DNA of 64,000 nucleotides. It comes from Azolla caroliniana (Eukaryota > Plantae > Polypodiophyta). Below are positions 14,137 through 26,920 of this stretch, piece by piece. The number at the start of each line of letters is the position of its first letter. Positions within the stretch are counted from its first letter, which is position 1. The position numbers and the translations under genes are program-made. The notes under the pieces are model-generated. The model was not told the origin of the DNA, made no database searches, and saw nothing but the letters and a program-made list of their open reading frames with translations. The DNA is taken from the NCBI GenBank assembly GCA_043228905.1, contig JBHGNT010000014.1:18724001-18788000 (forward strand). Direction: 5' to 3'.

Positions 14137-15234
14137 TGTTGAATCACATTATTAATAAGTGTAAAGAATCGACGGTGATTCTTGTGCAGTGGAATAGATG
14201 TGCGTTATGTGCGTATATGTGTGAGAGAAATAGAGGAAAGAAGAGAACACAAGATAGATAAGCAAGAGAAGTAAAATACTCAAGAAGAAGGTGTATATTT
14301 CACAAGTAGAATGGAGATACAAAATTGTAGCATTACAAGGAGTCACAACCGACTTAGTATGAAGTGTGAGGAGGGTGCTTTATATATAGTCGCCCTCTCT
14401 CTTCATTAACTAACTACAACAACCACTCTCTCTCTTAGGGAATGTGAAAACTCATAGTCATAGGGAATATGTAACTCATTAGTTATGTGTCATAGAATAT
14501 GATTCTATGACACATAGTTAATGTGTAGAGAGTCATCTCTACGTCCTAGTTGATCGGTCTGAAGCTGCAGTACCTGAGTCGATTGGACCAAATCTGCTTA
14601 CGCCCATTTGGTGCCGAAGTGACTGAAACTGGTCAAACAAAAGACACATGGTCATCCCATCTCCAACATTATCGGTGGTGGAAATCTTCTCCATGCCAAG
14701 CTTACCTCTAGTTATGCAATCCCGAATGAAGTGATATTGAACTTCGATATGCTTCAAGGCGTTGTGAGGTACCAAATTCTTTGACAAAGTGACGGCTCCA
14801 TGATTCTCGTTGTAAACAATTGGAGCTGAATTGGGATCGGCTTGCCGAAACGTACAAGCCAGTCAATTAAGCCATAAAGCTTCTTTTGCCACATCAGACG
14901 CGGGTACATATTCGGTCGTGGTTGTCGAGGTGGTCATGCACTCCTAAAGTTTCAACTTCCACAATATTGCTCCATTGCTGAATCAGAATAAGTATTCGGT
15001 CATTGACTTTCGATTGTCCAGATAGCCGGCAAAGTCTAAGTCAGTGTAGTTGACTACGCCTGAGATCTTGATCGGGCCAAAAATGATTCCAAGCTCTTGT
15101 GTGCCGACCAAATATCTGAATATATGCTTGATTGCGTTCCAATGTTCCAATTTCCTGTACCACTATCTCGGGGGTTGTTTTAGGCCGTACAAACTCTTCT
15201 TGAGTCTGCAAAGTAGACATTCTTGGCCAGGTAC
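14137..15234 (-). mobile_element. Degenerate Ty1/copia element, 3' part (RT/RNase H remnant, probable LTR about 14137-14420)
   Basis: RNase H motif KHIEVQYHFIRD...KISTTDNVGDGMT at 14539-14787 and RT remnant CRLKKSLYGLKQ ending near 15234. The LTR boundary is approximate. Confidence 0.7.
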
Positions 15235-15329
15235 TGTTATGAAGACATACATTTTGGCCTTACAAGGATTCAAGCCCAAGATGTCTTGGTCTATATGTTA
15301 GACCTTTAACCATTATAATAACATATATG

Positions 15330-15811
15330 TGTTAGGAAACAGGTCCCTCCAGACGGGAAGTTGAGAAGAACCGTGTGGATGAGCAACTCGGCCGAAACCA
15401 GAAATCGTGGAGATAGCCAACCCGGAAGGCTAAACTTGTAAATAGTTGAAAGGTTACATTAGTATATAAGCACTTAGGGCAATCATGTTAGGTGTGTATT
15501 ATTGTAAAGTTACGGTTGTCGAGGCCGTGGCCTCTGTAACGGTGAGAGTGGTAGCGTGTGAGCTCCATAGCCGCTTGTAGGCGAAGTAGGATCTCGAGGT
15601 CGTTGCCTCTGAGATCTCTGATTGTATTCGTTTTTCTCTCATAGTGTTCTGTTTCGGAGTTTGTGGACTCCACGTGGTTTTTTCCCAGTTCGGGTTTCCA
15701 CGTTAAAATCTGTGTCATTCTCAGTTTCTGTATTCTGATTTCCCTCTCCATTAGATTGACTATTATTCCGCACACGCAAACCGGTTGTGGCCGGAAACGA
15801 TTTTACCTTCA
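15330..15811 (+). mobile_element. Solo LTR (copia-type) inserted in the 5' LTR of element A
   Basis: TG...CA ends, TSD ATATG (15325-15329 and 15812-15816). Shares ggtccctcc and cggttgtggccg blocks with the copia LTRs at 37186 and 51823. Confidence 0.85.
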
Positions 15812-18800
15812 ATATGATGTATAGTTATAATAAATATATTATTAATTATTACAAGATATTTAGAGTATTCTAGAACATTCTAGAATACTCCATAAGGACC
15901 TATAAATAGGTGTCTATTCATTCATCACAACTCATTCAGTTTTACACTAGTCCTTAGCCTTAGCCTACTCTTTGTAACCTTGTTTCCTCATAATATAATC
16001 TCATTTCCATTTCTTCTCTCTCTCTCTCTCTCATACTCACGAGTCTCGACAGTTTGAACCGAATCTTCTTTTCTTCTTCTTCTCTTAAACTTATTCAAGC
16101 AAATCTAGCAAATCTCTCTCGTAACAATGGAGTCCGTCAGCAAGCAAGAATATATGTGCATTCTCTCCAAACTCGAAATGTTAACAACCAAATTCGTGGT
16201 CCTAGAGCAAGAAAATCAAAGATTTATGGTGACCTACAACAAGTAAGTGCTGAGAAGGTACAACAATTTGAAGAGTTATCTCAACGGGTGCATCAACGAG
16301 TGAACCAAAGATTAGTCTACCGGCCAAGTTTGATGGTACAAGGTCTCAATTTCGTGGATTTTTAAATCAAGTATGGCTTGTGATTAAATTGCATCCTAGT
16401 CGTTACCCAACTGATGTTGCTCGCGTGGGACTAGTTGGTACCTTGTTAACGAGTACCACATTAGCATGGTTTGCACCACTCCAAGAGAAGCACTCACCAT
16501 TATTAGAAGATTTTGAAGGGTTTATTAATGAGTTCCAAGCCAACTTTGGAGACACTGATAGTATGAGTACCGCAATAAACAAAATTCGGCGATTACGACA
16601 AGGACATCGTCTTGCTTCTGCTTATGCTATAGATTTTCACGTTCTAGCATGTGATATTCCATGGGACGAGGCGACGTTAATGAACCAATTCTGTCAAGTT
16701 CTACGCAATGATGTGAAGGATTTACTTCTTACCTTCCATGATGATCCAAAATCTCTTACTGAAGTAGTAAGTCAGGCCGTGCGATGTGACAATCGCTTAT
16801 TTGATTGGCGTTTTGAGTGCCAACAAATGTTACGCTTCCGACCAACAAAAACATATGCTTCGGTGGTCGCAACTCCACCCCAAGTATCAAAGTCAAGTGT
16901 GGTGGAAGGTCCTACTCAAATGGAAATCGAGACAACACGATGTTGAGGACCATTGTCAGATGCTGAAAAGCAACGACGGCGAGCGAATTGCCTATGCCTC
17001 TATTGTGGTGGTCCAAGGCATATTGTTGTGAATTGTCCACATAAACCACGACGACAAGTTAACCAAGCAAGTGCTCATGACAATCCCGCCTTCTACCCCG
17101 CCTTCTTGTAGCCCAAGTAGGCCTAGTAGTTCCTGTCATAAAAATACATTTAATGTCTTGAACCAATTAGATGATGTGTTAAACGAGTAAGTCCGGCCAA
17201 AATCGAAGCCATTTGGTTGGATAGCCCTAGCCATATAACGTATGTCCCTAGTCGTGGTTCCATTTCATCCGGTCAAGTTAGTCGAGTTTTCTCTACACAA
17301 GTTGAGCTTAACACATCTAGGTGCCATCGAGTTCCAGCTTCTGCCCTCTTAGACTCTGGAGCGAACTCTTGTTTCATGGATCGTGAGTTTGCTGTAATGC
17401 ATAATATTAAGTTGCATAAGCTCCCAAGCCTAGTGTCAATCAGAGTCATTGATGGACGCCCCATAGCATCAGAGTCTAAACTAATTTGTGTAGGCCTAGG
17501 CAATTTGGCTAGTGTCATCTCATTCAACATCATTAGTAGTCCAGAGCACTCCCTAGTTCTTGGGCTTCCATGGTTTGAGCTACATAACCCAACTATTGAT
17601 TGGAGAAAAAGAACCATTGAAGAGGTCACAATACAGTCTGAGTCTCTCAAAACTCCAACAAGGGATATGACATTCCAAAAGATTTTGATAATCTCTATAC
17701 ATCAATTACGTGAGGAAGGAAGGAAGGAAGACATGTTGGTGTTCACAATTTTAGCAACTCCCACATCTACCTCACAAGAATCAGGGGTCCAACTACCGAA
17801 GAAATATATAGAATTCTCTGATGTGTTTGATAAGATGAAGGCCAATAGACTACCAGAGCATCGACCATATGATTGCACGATTGATTTGCAGCTCAGAAAT
17901 GAGCCTCCATGGGGCCCAATTTATAACCTTTCGCCCACGAAGCTAGAGGTCCTTCGGGAATATATCAATGAGAACTTGGCGAATGGGTTTATCCAGCATT
18001 CAAGATCTCCTGCCGGCACACCCATATTTTTCGTTAAGAAGAAAGATGATTCGCTTCGTCTGGTCGTGGATTATCGAGGATTGAATAAATTGACTATTTG
18101 AAACTGATATGCTCTACCATTGATTTTGAGCCTTCTAGAACACCTCGGTGGAGCTAAGTATTTCACAAAGTTAGATCCTCGAGGTGCTTACAATCTTGTT
18201 CGAATTCATCCTGGGATGAATGGAAGACTGCTTTCCGTACTCGCTATGGCCATTTTGAGTATACAGTGATGTCATTTGGTCTCACGAATGCACCAACAGT
18301 TTTTCAACATATGGTCTCACGAATGCACCAACAGTTTTTGAGATTTCCTCGATATTTTCATCATAGTTTACCTAGATGATACCTTGATCTACTCAAAAAC
18401 TCAAGAGGATCATGATATACACGTTGGATAAGCTTTGCAATGATTGCATGAATATGGTCTCTATGCAAAATTGGAGAAGTGCAGTTTCGACCAGCGTAAA
18501 GTGGAATTTTTGGGGTACATAGTCTCTTCACATGGCATCTTTATGGATCCAGCAAAGGTTCAAACGGTTTTGGATTGGCAAACACCACAATCTGTGTGAG
18601 ATGTACAATGTTTTTTGGGGTTCGCAAACTTTTATCGCAAGTTCATCAAAGATTATTCAAAGATCATATTGCCCCTCACTCAACTGACACAAAAGAATCA
18701 ACCATTTGTGTGGAGTATAAATGCAAACTCTGCATTTGAAGGATTAAAGCAAGCATTTATGTCCGCACCAATTTTGATGCATGTTGATCCATTAAAGCGC

Positions 18801-20653
18801 TTTATACTCAAAGTTGATGCATCCGACTTCACACTAGGAAGCGTATTATCCCACATTACCAATGGTGGCTTTTCATTCACGGAAATTCGAAACTGCAAAA
18901 ATCAACTGTGAGATTCAAGACAAAGAGCTTCTTGCCATTGTGGATTCTTTTCAACAATGGCGTCTTTGTCTGGAGGGTTCGTCTCAACAAATCATTATAT
19001 ATAATGATCACAAAAATCTAATGTACTTCTAAAGTGCTCGAGTCTTGAGTCGTCGACAAGCTCGTTGGGCACAGTTCTCAACTCGTTTTGATTTCATAAT
19101 TCTATATCGCCCTGGGACGCAACAAGGAAAAGCAGATGCTTTATCTCGGCATTCATATATGGAACTTCAACCATGAGAGGCCGCATTTGAAAGTCAGAAG
19201 CAAATCCTCTTGGGTCCTAGCCGTCAACGACTAATGGCATTTCATGCTATAGACACACCTGGGGATTAAAGTCTTCTGGACTCCATTCGGGAGCATATTG
19301 AGACTCATGAATTCGCCCAAGACATTCTGAACCATATTACCCCAAATCGTGCTTCTTGTTCACAATCTCAAAATCCTCGTCAAGATTACAACCAGTTCAA
19401 TTGGCATGATGGTTTACTTTTTCGACAAAATCTCTTATATGTGCTTGATGGTCCTTCTCGACTCCAAGTCTTGCAACAATGTCATGACACACCAATGGTT
19501 GGACATTTCGCCATCCACAAGACTTTGGCGTTAATTTCTCGAAGGTATTAGTGGCCACGACTTCGCCATTTTGTTACAGATTATGTTCGTAGTTATGATA
19601 CATGTCACCGATCCAAAAAACCTCGACATCATCCATATGGCTTATTACAACCAATGCCTATTCTTGCGAGTTCATGGAAATCTATTTCATTGGACTTCAT
19701 TATAGATGTACCACCTTCCAAGGGTTTTGATTCTATTCTCACGGTAGTAGATTGTTTTACCAAGATGACACATTTTCTTCCTTGCACAAAGGCCATTACA
19801 AGCCAAGGGACAACCGAGTTACTCATGCAAGAGGTGTTTCGGCATCATGGTCTTCCTGATGATGTTATTAGTGATCAAGGTCCCCAAATCATCTCAAAAT
19901 TTTGGTGGCACATGTTCAAACTCTTACATACTTCTTGCAAACTCGCTTCCAGCTACCATCCAGAAACTAATGGGCAGAGTGAGCGCACCAACTAAACAGT
20001 AGAACAATATCTTCGTTGTTTTGTCAACTATCAACAAGATGATTGGGTTGATCTATTACATTTGGCGGAATTTTCTTACAACAACTCAGAACATTCTTCT
20101 ATTAGATATTCCCCATTTTTTGCAAACATTGGGTACCATCCTCGTTGGACTATGCTTGAACATCCCAAACTCCCAACAAACCCAACTACTGAAGATCGGC
20201 TCACCCGACTCCAAGAAGTTCACGATATCCTTTTGCACCATTTATGTGATGCTCAAAACACTCAAAAGAAGGTTGTCGATCGTCATCGACTACATTTCAA
20301 GTGGGAGATCGAGTATGGCTTTTACAAGGTCGCATTACAACAACCAGACCTTGCTGCAAATTAGTATCAACGTTTTCTCATGAACCCATGACCTTATGCT
20401 ACATGGATCGAGCTCTTGACCATTAGACTATACATTGTAATACGTAGAATATTATTTTCTTTTATGTTTTATTATAGAAAATTGATGTATATTCTAGATT
20501 TCTCTGGAACATTCTAGAAACTTCAGGAGTATTCCTTAGAACACTATAAAAGGAGGGACAAGGCATTATTTCGAACCAAATCGGTTCAACACCAGTCTTA
20601 AGCCTCCTAGCTACTACTGTACATTCTCTTCACATAATATATATATCTTTTCT

Positions 20654-20704
<51 letters not shown>

Positions 20705-20897
20705 ACTCACTCTTTCCTTCTCTCGAGAGTTCTTCACCTCTCTTAGTACTAATACTTCTTTTAGTACTAATTCCTTCTCTGTCTTAGTACTGTTCCTGAC
20801 AGTTTGAACCGATTTTGGGGTCGATCTTCCTTTCCTCCTCTTCCTTTCCTCCTTTTCCTTTTATCTTCTTATTAATCCTCTTATCCTCCCTAGTAAA

Positions 20898-22040
20898 ATG
20901 GAAACTGTTAGCGCTCAGGAATACCAATTTGTTTTCTCGGAGCTCCAGTGCTTAAAAGAGAAATTTGTAGCACTAGAACAAGAAAATCATCGCTTGTTGG
21001 GGGATCTTCAACAAATAGCGCTGGAAAAACAACAACAACACAGGGAGCTGACACTACGTGTACAACAACTCGAAGCGATTATCATATCATTACAACAACA
21101 AGGATCAAGCACTCAAGGGATTCACAAAGAACCCAAGATCGGTCTTCCTGCAAAATTTGATGGGACTCGATCACAGTTTAGAGGGTTTTTGAATCAGGTA
21201 CGTTTAGTGATACAAATGCATCCTTCTCGATATCCCACCGATGCATCACGAGTGGGACTAGTAGGCACTCTCCTTAGTGGCTCAATGTTAGCATGGTTTG
21301 CTCCATTGTTGGAAAAGGATTCTCCATTATTAAACAATTTTGAAGAATTTATAAGTGAGTTTAAGGCCTGTTTTGGAGATACTGACAGCATAAGGACTGC
21401 AATCAACAAAATCCGCCGATTACGCCAAGGTGATCGTCCAGCTTCCACATACGCTGCAGATTTCCGTGTACTCGCTGCCGATATCCCTTGGGATGATCAC
21501 GCATTGATGGAGCAATTCCGTTATGGCTTACGCAACGATGTCAAGGATTTACTCTTGATCTTCCCCAAAGAGCCAAAGTCATTAACAGAAGCAATTAGTC
21601 GCGCGGTGAGATGCGACAACCGCCTCTTCGAACGACGTTCGGAACGACAATTCCAGATTCCGAGGGCAAGATCAGAGCCTACCTATGCCTCAGTGGTAGC
21701 GAAACCTTTTCCGAGGGAGTCATATAATGCGCCTCCAGCAAGTACTCCAACTCTGATGGAAATTGACACCACACGTCGTCGTGGACCGCTATCGGAAGAA
21801 GAAAAGCAACGACGTCGAGCAAATCGACTATGTCTTTATTGCGGTGGACCAGGGCATATCGCGGTAAACTGTCCCCATAGGCCAAGAAGGAAGGTAAACC
21901 AAATAGTTGCTAGTTCTGATTGTACTAAACCCGAGTCTATTTCAGTAGGGATATCTGATAGTCCTAATAGTACTAATAGCCCAAATCTAGCGAACAAATT
22001 TGATGTCCTTAGTCAGTTAGAAGAAGAGTTAAACGACTAA
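20898..22040 (+). CDS. gag: Gag of element B (coiled coil, capsid, CCHC knuckle)
   Basis: Intact 380-aa ORF with PAKFDG, the LRQG major homology region and CLYCGGPGHIAVNC. Confidence 0.9.
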   Translation: METVSAQEYQFVFSELQCLKEKFVALEQENHRLLGDLQQIALEKQQQHRELTLRVQQLEAIIISLQQQGSSTQGIHKEPKIGLPAKFDGTRSQFRGFLNQVRLVIQMHPSRYPTDASRVGLVGTLLSGSMLAWFAPLLEKDSPLLNNFEEFISEFKACFGDTDSIRTAINKIRRLRQGDRPASTYAADFRVLAADIPWDDHALMEQFRYGLRNDVKDLLLIFPKEPKSLTEAISRAVRCDNRLFERRSERQFQIPRARSEPTYASVVAKPFPRESYNAPPASTPTLMEIDTTRRRGPLSEEEKQRRRANRLCLYCGGPGHIAVNCPHRPRRKVNQIVASSDCTKPESISVGISDSPNSTNSPNLANKFDVLSQLEEELND

Positions 22041-25000
22041 GTCCAGCCAAAATAGGAGCTGTTTGGTTGGACAGCCCTAGATCTGTGCAGCCCATTAGTG
22101 GTTCCATTCCCTCTAAGCAAGTTAGCAATGTGTTCGTAGCCCAAGTAATAGTTAGTACTAAAAGTACTCCTCCAGTACATGTCTTAGCACTTCTAGATTC
22201 CAGAGCTAATTCTTGCTTCATGGATAAGAAATTTGCCCAAGCTCATCAGATATCTCTCAGAAAACTCCCGTGTCCTGCCCTTGTAGTAGTCGTCGATGGT
22301 CGTCCCATTGCCTCAGGAAATATCATAGAAGAGTCAGAGCCCGTTAATATTGTCCTAGATAATCTAGCATGTGTCATATCATTTAATATAATTAGCATCC
22401 CAGAACACCCCATTGTCTTAGGATTACCATGGTTCGAATTACATAACCCAGACAAGAGAAATCCGGCATCGAAAAGCCCGAGGGTCTACTCATGAGATCG
22501 CAACGATTTCACTACATCAGTTGCATGAGGAAGGATGCAAGGAAGAAATGTTCCTCTTCGCAATATCAGTAAACCCCTCCAGCACCACTAAAGAGGATTC
22601 CACCGTTCAACTTCCAGAGAAGTATCATCAGTATGCCGATGTGTTTGATAAAGTACAAGCCAGTACGCTTCCTCACCATCGACCATATGATTGCCCCATC
22701 GATTTACAACCGAGGAAAGAGCCACCTTGGGGACCGATCTACAATTTGTCACCAACCGAACTGGAAGTCCTTCGAGCCTATATAGAGGAGAATTTGGAGA
22801 ATGGTTTCATACGACATTCGAAATCTCCAACCGGCGCACCCATTTTCTTCGTCAAGAAAAAGGATGGCTCACTTCGGCTCGTTGTAGATTACTGTGGCTT
22901 GAATAAGGTTACAATCCGAAATAGGTATGCACTTCCCCTTATCTCAAGTCTTTTAGAACAGATCAATGGTGCCAGGTTCTTCACGAAGATCGACTTACGG
23001 GGAGCCTATAACCTCGTACGGATCCGACCAGGAGATGAATGGAAGACCGCGTTCCGCACCAGATATGGGCACTTCGAGTATACGGTCATGCCGTTCGGCC
23101 TCACTAATGCGCCAGCAGTCTTCCAGCACATGGCAAATGATATTTTCCGAGATCTCTTGGATGTGTTTCTAATCATCTATTTGGATGATCCACTGGTTTA
23201 CTCGAAGACCCAAGAAGAACATGATTCTCATGTACTGTTAGTACTAAAATGACTTCGAGAAAATGGTCTCTATGCAAAGCTGGAAAAATGTAGTTTCGGG
23301 TGTAACCAGGTGGAATTTCTCGGCTATGTCATTTCCTCAGAAGGCATCTCCATGGACCCAGCTAAGGTCAAAACGGTAGTAGAATGGCAGACTCCGCGTT
23401 CGGTGCGGGATGTGCAATGCTTTCTAGGCTTTGCCAATTTTTACCGGAAGTTTATAAAGGATTACTCAGAGCTCGTTTTGCCTCTTACACAACTTACTAG
23501 GAAGGGACAATCATTCGTTTGGTCTGAAGAAGCGGACATGGCTTTTGAGAATCTTAAACAGGCATTTACATCGGCTCCGATTCTAGCTCACGTTGATCTA
23601 GAAAAACCATTCATCATCGAAGTGGACGCATCGGATTTTGCATTGGGAAGCATTCTATCACAACGAGGTAATGATGAAAAGCTACATCTTGTGGCTTTTC
23701 ACTCACGCAAGTTTGACGCCGCCGAAATCAACTACGAAATTCATGATAAAGAGCTATTGGCTATAGTGGACTCTTTTATGTAATGGAGGCATTTTCTAGA
23801 GGGATCTTCTCATCAAGTCACTGTATTCAGTGACCACAAAAACCTCGCCTATTTTCAAGACGCTCGTGTGTTAAATCGACGTCAAGCTCGGTGGGCCCAT
23901 TTTCTCACGCGTTTCGACTTCAAGATTACATATTGACCTGGGAAACATCAAGGGAAAGCAGATGCATTATCACAGCGTTCATACCTAGCACCGCGTCCCG
24001 GTGAGCCAGCTTTCGATAACCAAAAGCAAGTAATCTTGGGACCGGCACGACTGCAAGCAACACAGGTCTTTGGCATGCCCATGGATTCCCACGTTATCGA
24101 TATCTTACGTGCGAACCTGAAGACAGATGCTTTCGCCCAAGCTATACTACCACAAATTGATCCCTCTCGAGCGTCGTGTTCACATTCGCAACCACCAGGT
24201 ACGGACTATCGGCAATTCAAATACCATGATGGATTACTCTTCTTTAAAGAACTTTTGTATGTTCCTAATGGTTCTTGCCGCCTGCAAGTAGTACAAAACT
24301 GTCATGACACATATACAGTTGGGCATTTTGGTAGTACTAAAACGTTACATGTAGTACAACGATCATTCTGGTGGCCCTGTATGCGACAATTTGTCGAGGA
24401 TTTTGTTCGGACGTGTGATACATGTTGCAGAGCGAAAATGCCAAGGCATCATCCATATGGTTTATTACAACCATTACCAATTCCAAGCAAGCCGTGACAA
24501 TCCATTGCTCTAGACTTGATCACAAATCTTCCAGTCTCTAAGGGGTTCAATGCGATTCTAACGGTGGTTGATCGATATACAAAGATGGCTCATTTTTTGC
24601 CATGTACTAAGGAAATCTCCAGTGAAGACACCGCTGAAATTGTCATGCGTGAAGTATGTCGGCATCATGGACTTCCTGATAGTATCGTCAGCGACCGTGA
24701 ACCCCAGTTCGTGTCAAAATTCTGGAAGCACCTTTTTAAAATGCTCAAGGTCACTTGTAACCTCTCCTCCGGCTACCACCCACAAACCGACGGCCAAGCT
24801 GAACGAACAAATCAAACGCTGGAGCAGTACCTGCGGTGCTTTCTCAGCTATCATCAGGATGACTGGGTAGATATTCTCCACTTCACCGAATTTGCCTATA
24901 ATAACTCTATCCACGCATCGACTAAAGTTACGCCATTTTATGCTTATACGGGATGTCACCCCCGGTGGTGTGTACTTGAAACCCCAGAGGTGTCCACCAA

Positions 25001-25610
25001 TCCTTGCGCGGAGGATCGTTTGGAGCGGTTACGCAAGATACAAGTAGATTTATCTACTCATCTCCAACAAGCTCAAGAAACACACAAGGTTTATGCGGAT
25101 CGTCATCGACTCCCATCTAGTTTTAACATTGGAGATCGGGTATGGCTACTCCGACGACACATCAAGACTACTCGCCCATGCGAGAAGTTGGATTATCGAC
25201 GATTAGGTCCCTTTCGTATTATAGGAAAGATTAATGATGTCGCTTTTCGTCTTGATCTACCTCCACAACTTCGGATACATTCGGTGTTTCATAGTTCTCT
25301 CCTTGAACCCTATCAAGAGAGCACCATCCCAGGACGTATTACACAGCCTCCACCCCCGATCGAGCTTGAAGATGGACCTGAGTACGAGGTTGCCGCCATC
25401 CTTGATTCCAAGCTTGTTCGCAACAAGCTCTACTATCTAGTCGATTGGCTAGGATATAGTCCCAGCGAGCGTACTTGGGAACCGATAGAGAATGTCACCA
25501 ACGCTCGTGCTCTTCTTGAAGACTTCCATCGTCAATATCCAGACAAATCGGGTCCTCAATCCAAAACGACTCGTTACACTCGTCGTTTTAAAGGAGGGAT
25601 AGTGTCATGA
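22028..25610 (+). pseudogene. pol: Pol of element B (PR-RT-RH-INT-chromodomain), broken by stops and a deletion
   Basis: LLDSRAN protease, YLDD RT, DASD RNase H, GHFG/CDTC zinc finger, HPQTDGQAER, C-terminal chromodomain EYEVAAILD...YLVDWLGY...TWEP. Confidence 0.9.
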
Positions 25611-26509
25611 TATGGCAAGACTCGAACCCATGACCTTATGCTACATGGGTCGAGCTCTTGACCATTAGACTATACATTGTAATACGTAGAATATTATTTT
25701 CTTTTATGTTTTATTATAGAAAATTGATGTATATTCCAAATTTCTCTGGAACATTCTAGAAACTTCAGGAGTATTCCTTAGAACACTATAAAAGGAGGGA
25801 CAATGCATTATTTTGAACCAAATCAATTCAACGCCAGTCTTAAGCCTCCTAGCTACTATTGTACATTCTCTTCACATAATATATATATCTTTTCTTATCA
25901 TCTCTCTCTCTCTCTCGATCTCGATCTCTCTCTCCCTCCCTCTCACTCACTCTTTCCTTCTCTCGAGAGTTCTTCACCTCTCTTAGTACTAATACTTCTT
26001 TTAGTATTAATTCCTTCTCTGTCTTAGTATTGTTCCTGACACGTTTTAGCCCATACGTGATATCTAGTAAGATCAATGATGTAGTATTTCACCTTGATCT
26101 TCCCCCTCATATGCATCTTCACCTGGTCTTCCATGTTTCATTTTTGGATCCGTACACAACCAACTCTATTCCAGGCCATCTTACATCTCTCCCCCACCTC
26201 CAATCGAAGTTTTAAGATGGCTCCGAATATGAAGTTGCTGTTATTCTCGACTCCAAGATTGTTCACAACAAACTGTATTATTTGGTTGATTGGTTAGGTT
26301 ATACACCTCATGATCGAACATGGGAACCTCTCGAGAATCTTGCCAATGCCTCCGAAATGGTTGCTACATTTCACAACAAATATCCCCATAAGCCAAGTCC
26401 GAAATATTGACATCTTCTGGCTCGTGGAACTCGTCGTCGAAAAGGGGGGATAATGTCATGAAGACATACATTTTGGCCTTAGAAGGATTCAAGCCCAAGA
26501 CGTCTCGGT

Positions 26510-26920
26510 CGAATCAAGTGGCTGAATCGGCACATGACGTTGCTTCTTCATACGTCGTTGACTCATCGACGTTCATGAAGAGGTGACCAAGAGAGTACCT
26601 CTCCGGAGGCTAAGATAGGCATTCAAATCTTCATGGTACAATTGGGCTCATCGAATCATCTCTAATGATCGTCTCTTTAGTAACTGATCCACTCTGAGAC
26701 AACTTGTTCTAAAGTAGTGGTCGTAGCCATACTTTGATCTATAGAGACAATTTGTCATGTGGCCACTCTCGTGTTTTGGGCTAGGCCATCTGAAGCAGTT
26801 GACATGTCCGAAAATGTGATTCTTCTTAATACTAATGGAGGATAATTTTTATAGAAAAAAAATGTGATTCTTCTTACCTCAATCAGCCTTTCGGCTAGCT
26901 TGGTGATCTGTGACTCATTT
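26510..26920 (-). mobile_element. Continuation of the minus-strand copia (INT-RT linker) on the far side of element A
   Basis: Minus strand reads PPERYSL and NVDESTTYEEAT, the usual copia P.RY...EP.TY.EA linker. Confidence 0.55.

Larger units (their letters stand above)
20376..26041 (+). mobile_element. Ty3/gypsy chromovirus B (Tcn1-like), full length with lesions, nested in the integrase of A
   Basis: LTRs 20376-20801 (5' end damaged) and 25603-26041, TSD CGTTT (20371-20375 and 26042-26046), PPT aaggaggga about 25591-25599. Removing B restores the YQRF..PY integrase motif of A. Confidence 0.92.
15235..26510 (+). mobile_element. Ty3/gypsy chromovirus A (Tcn1-like), degenerate, carrying two nested insertions
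   Basis: 5' LTR 15235-16051 starts tgttatgaagacatacattttggcc; the same start recurs at 26454 after PPT aaagggggga and is truncated near 26510. gag remnant 16127-17190; PR (LLDSGAN), RT, RH and INT 17217-20370; chromodomain remnant about 26226-26400. Many stops and frameshifts. Confidence 0.85.
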
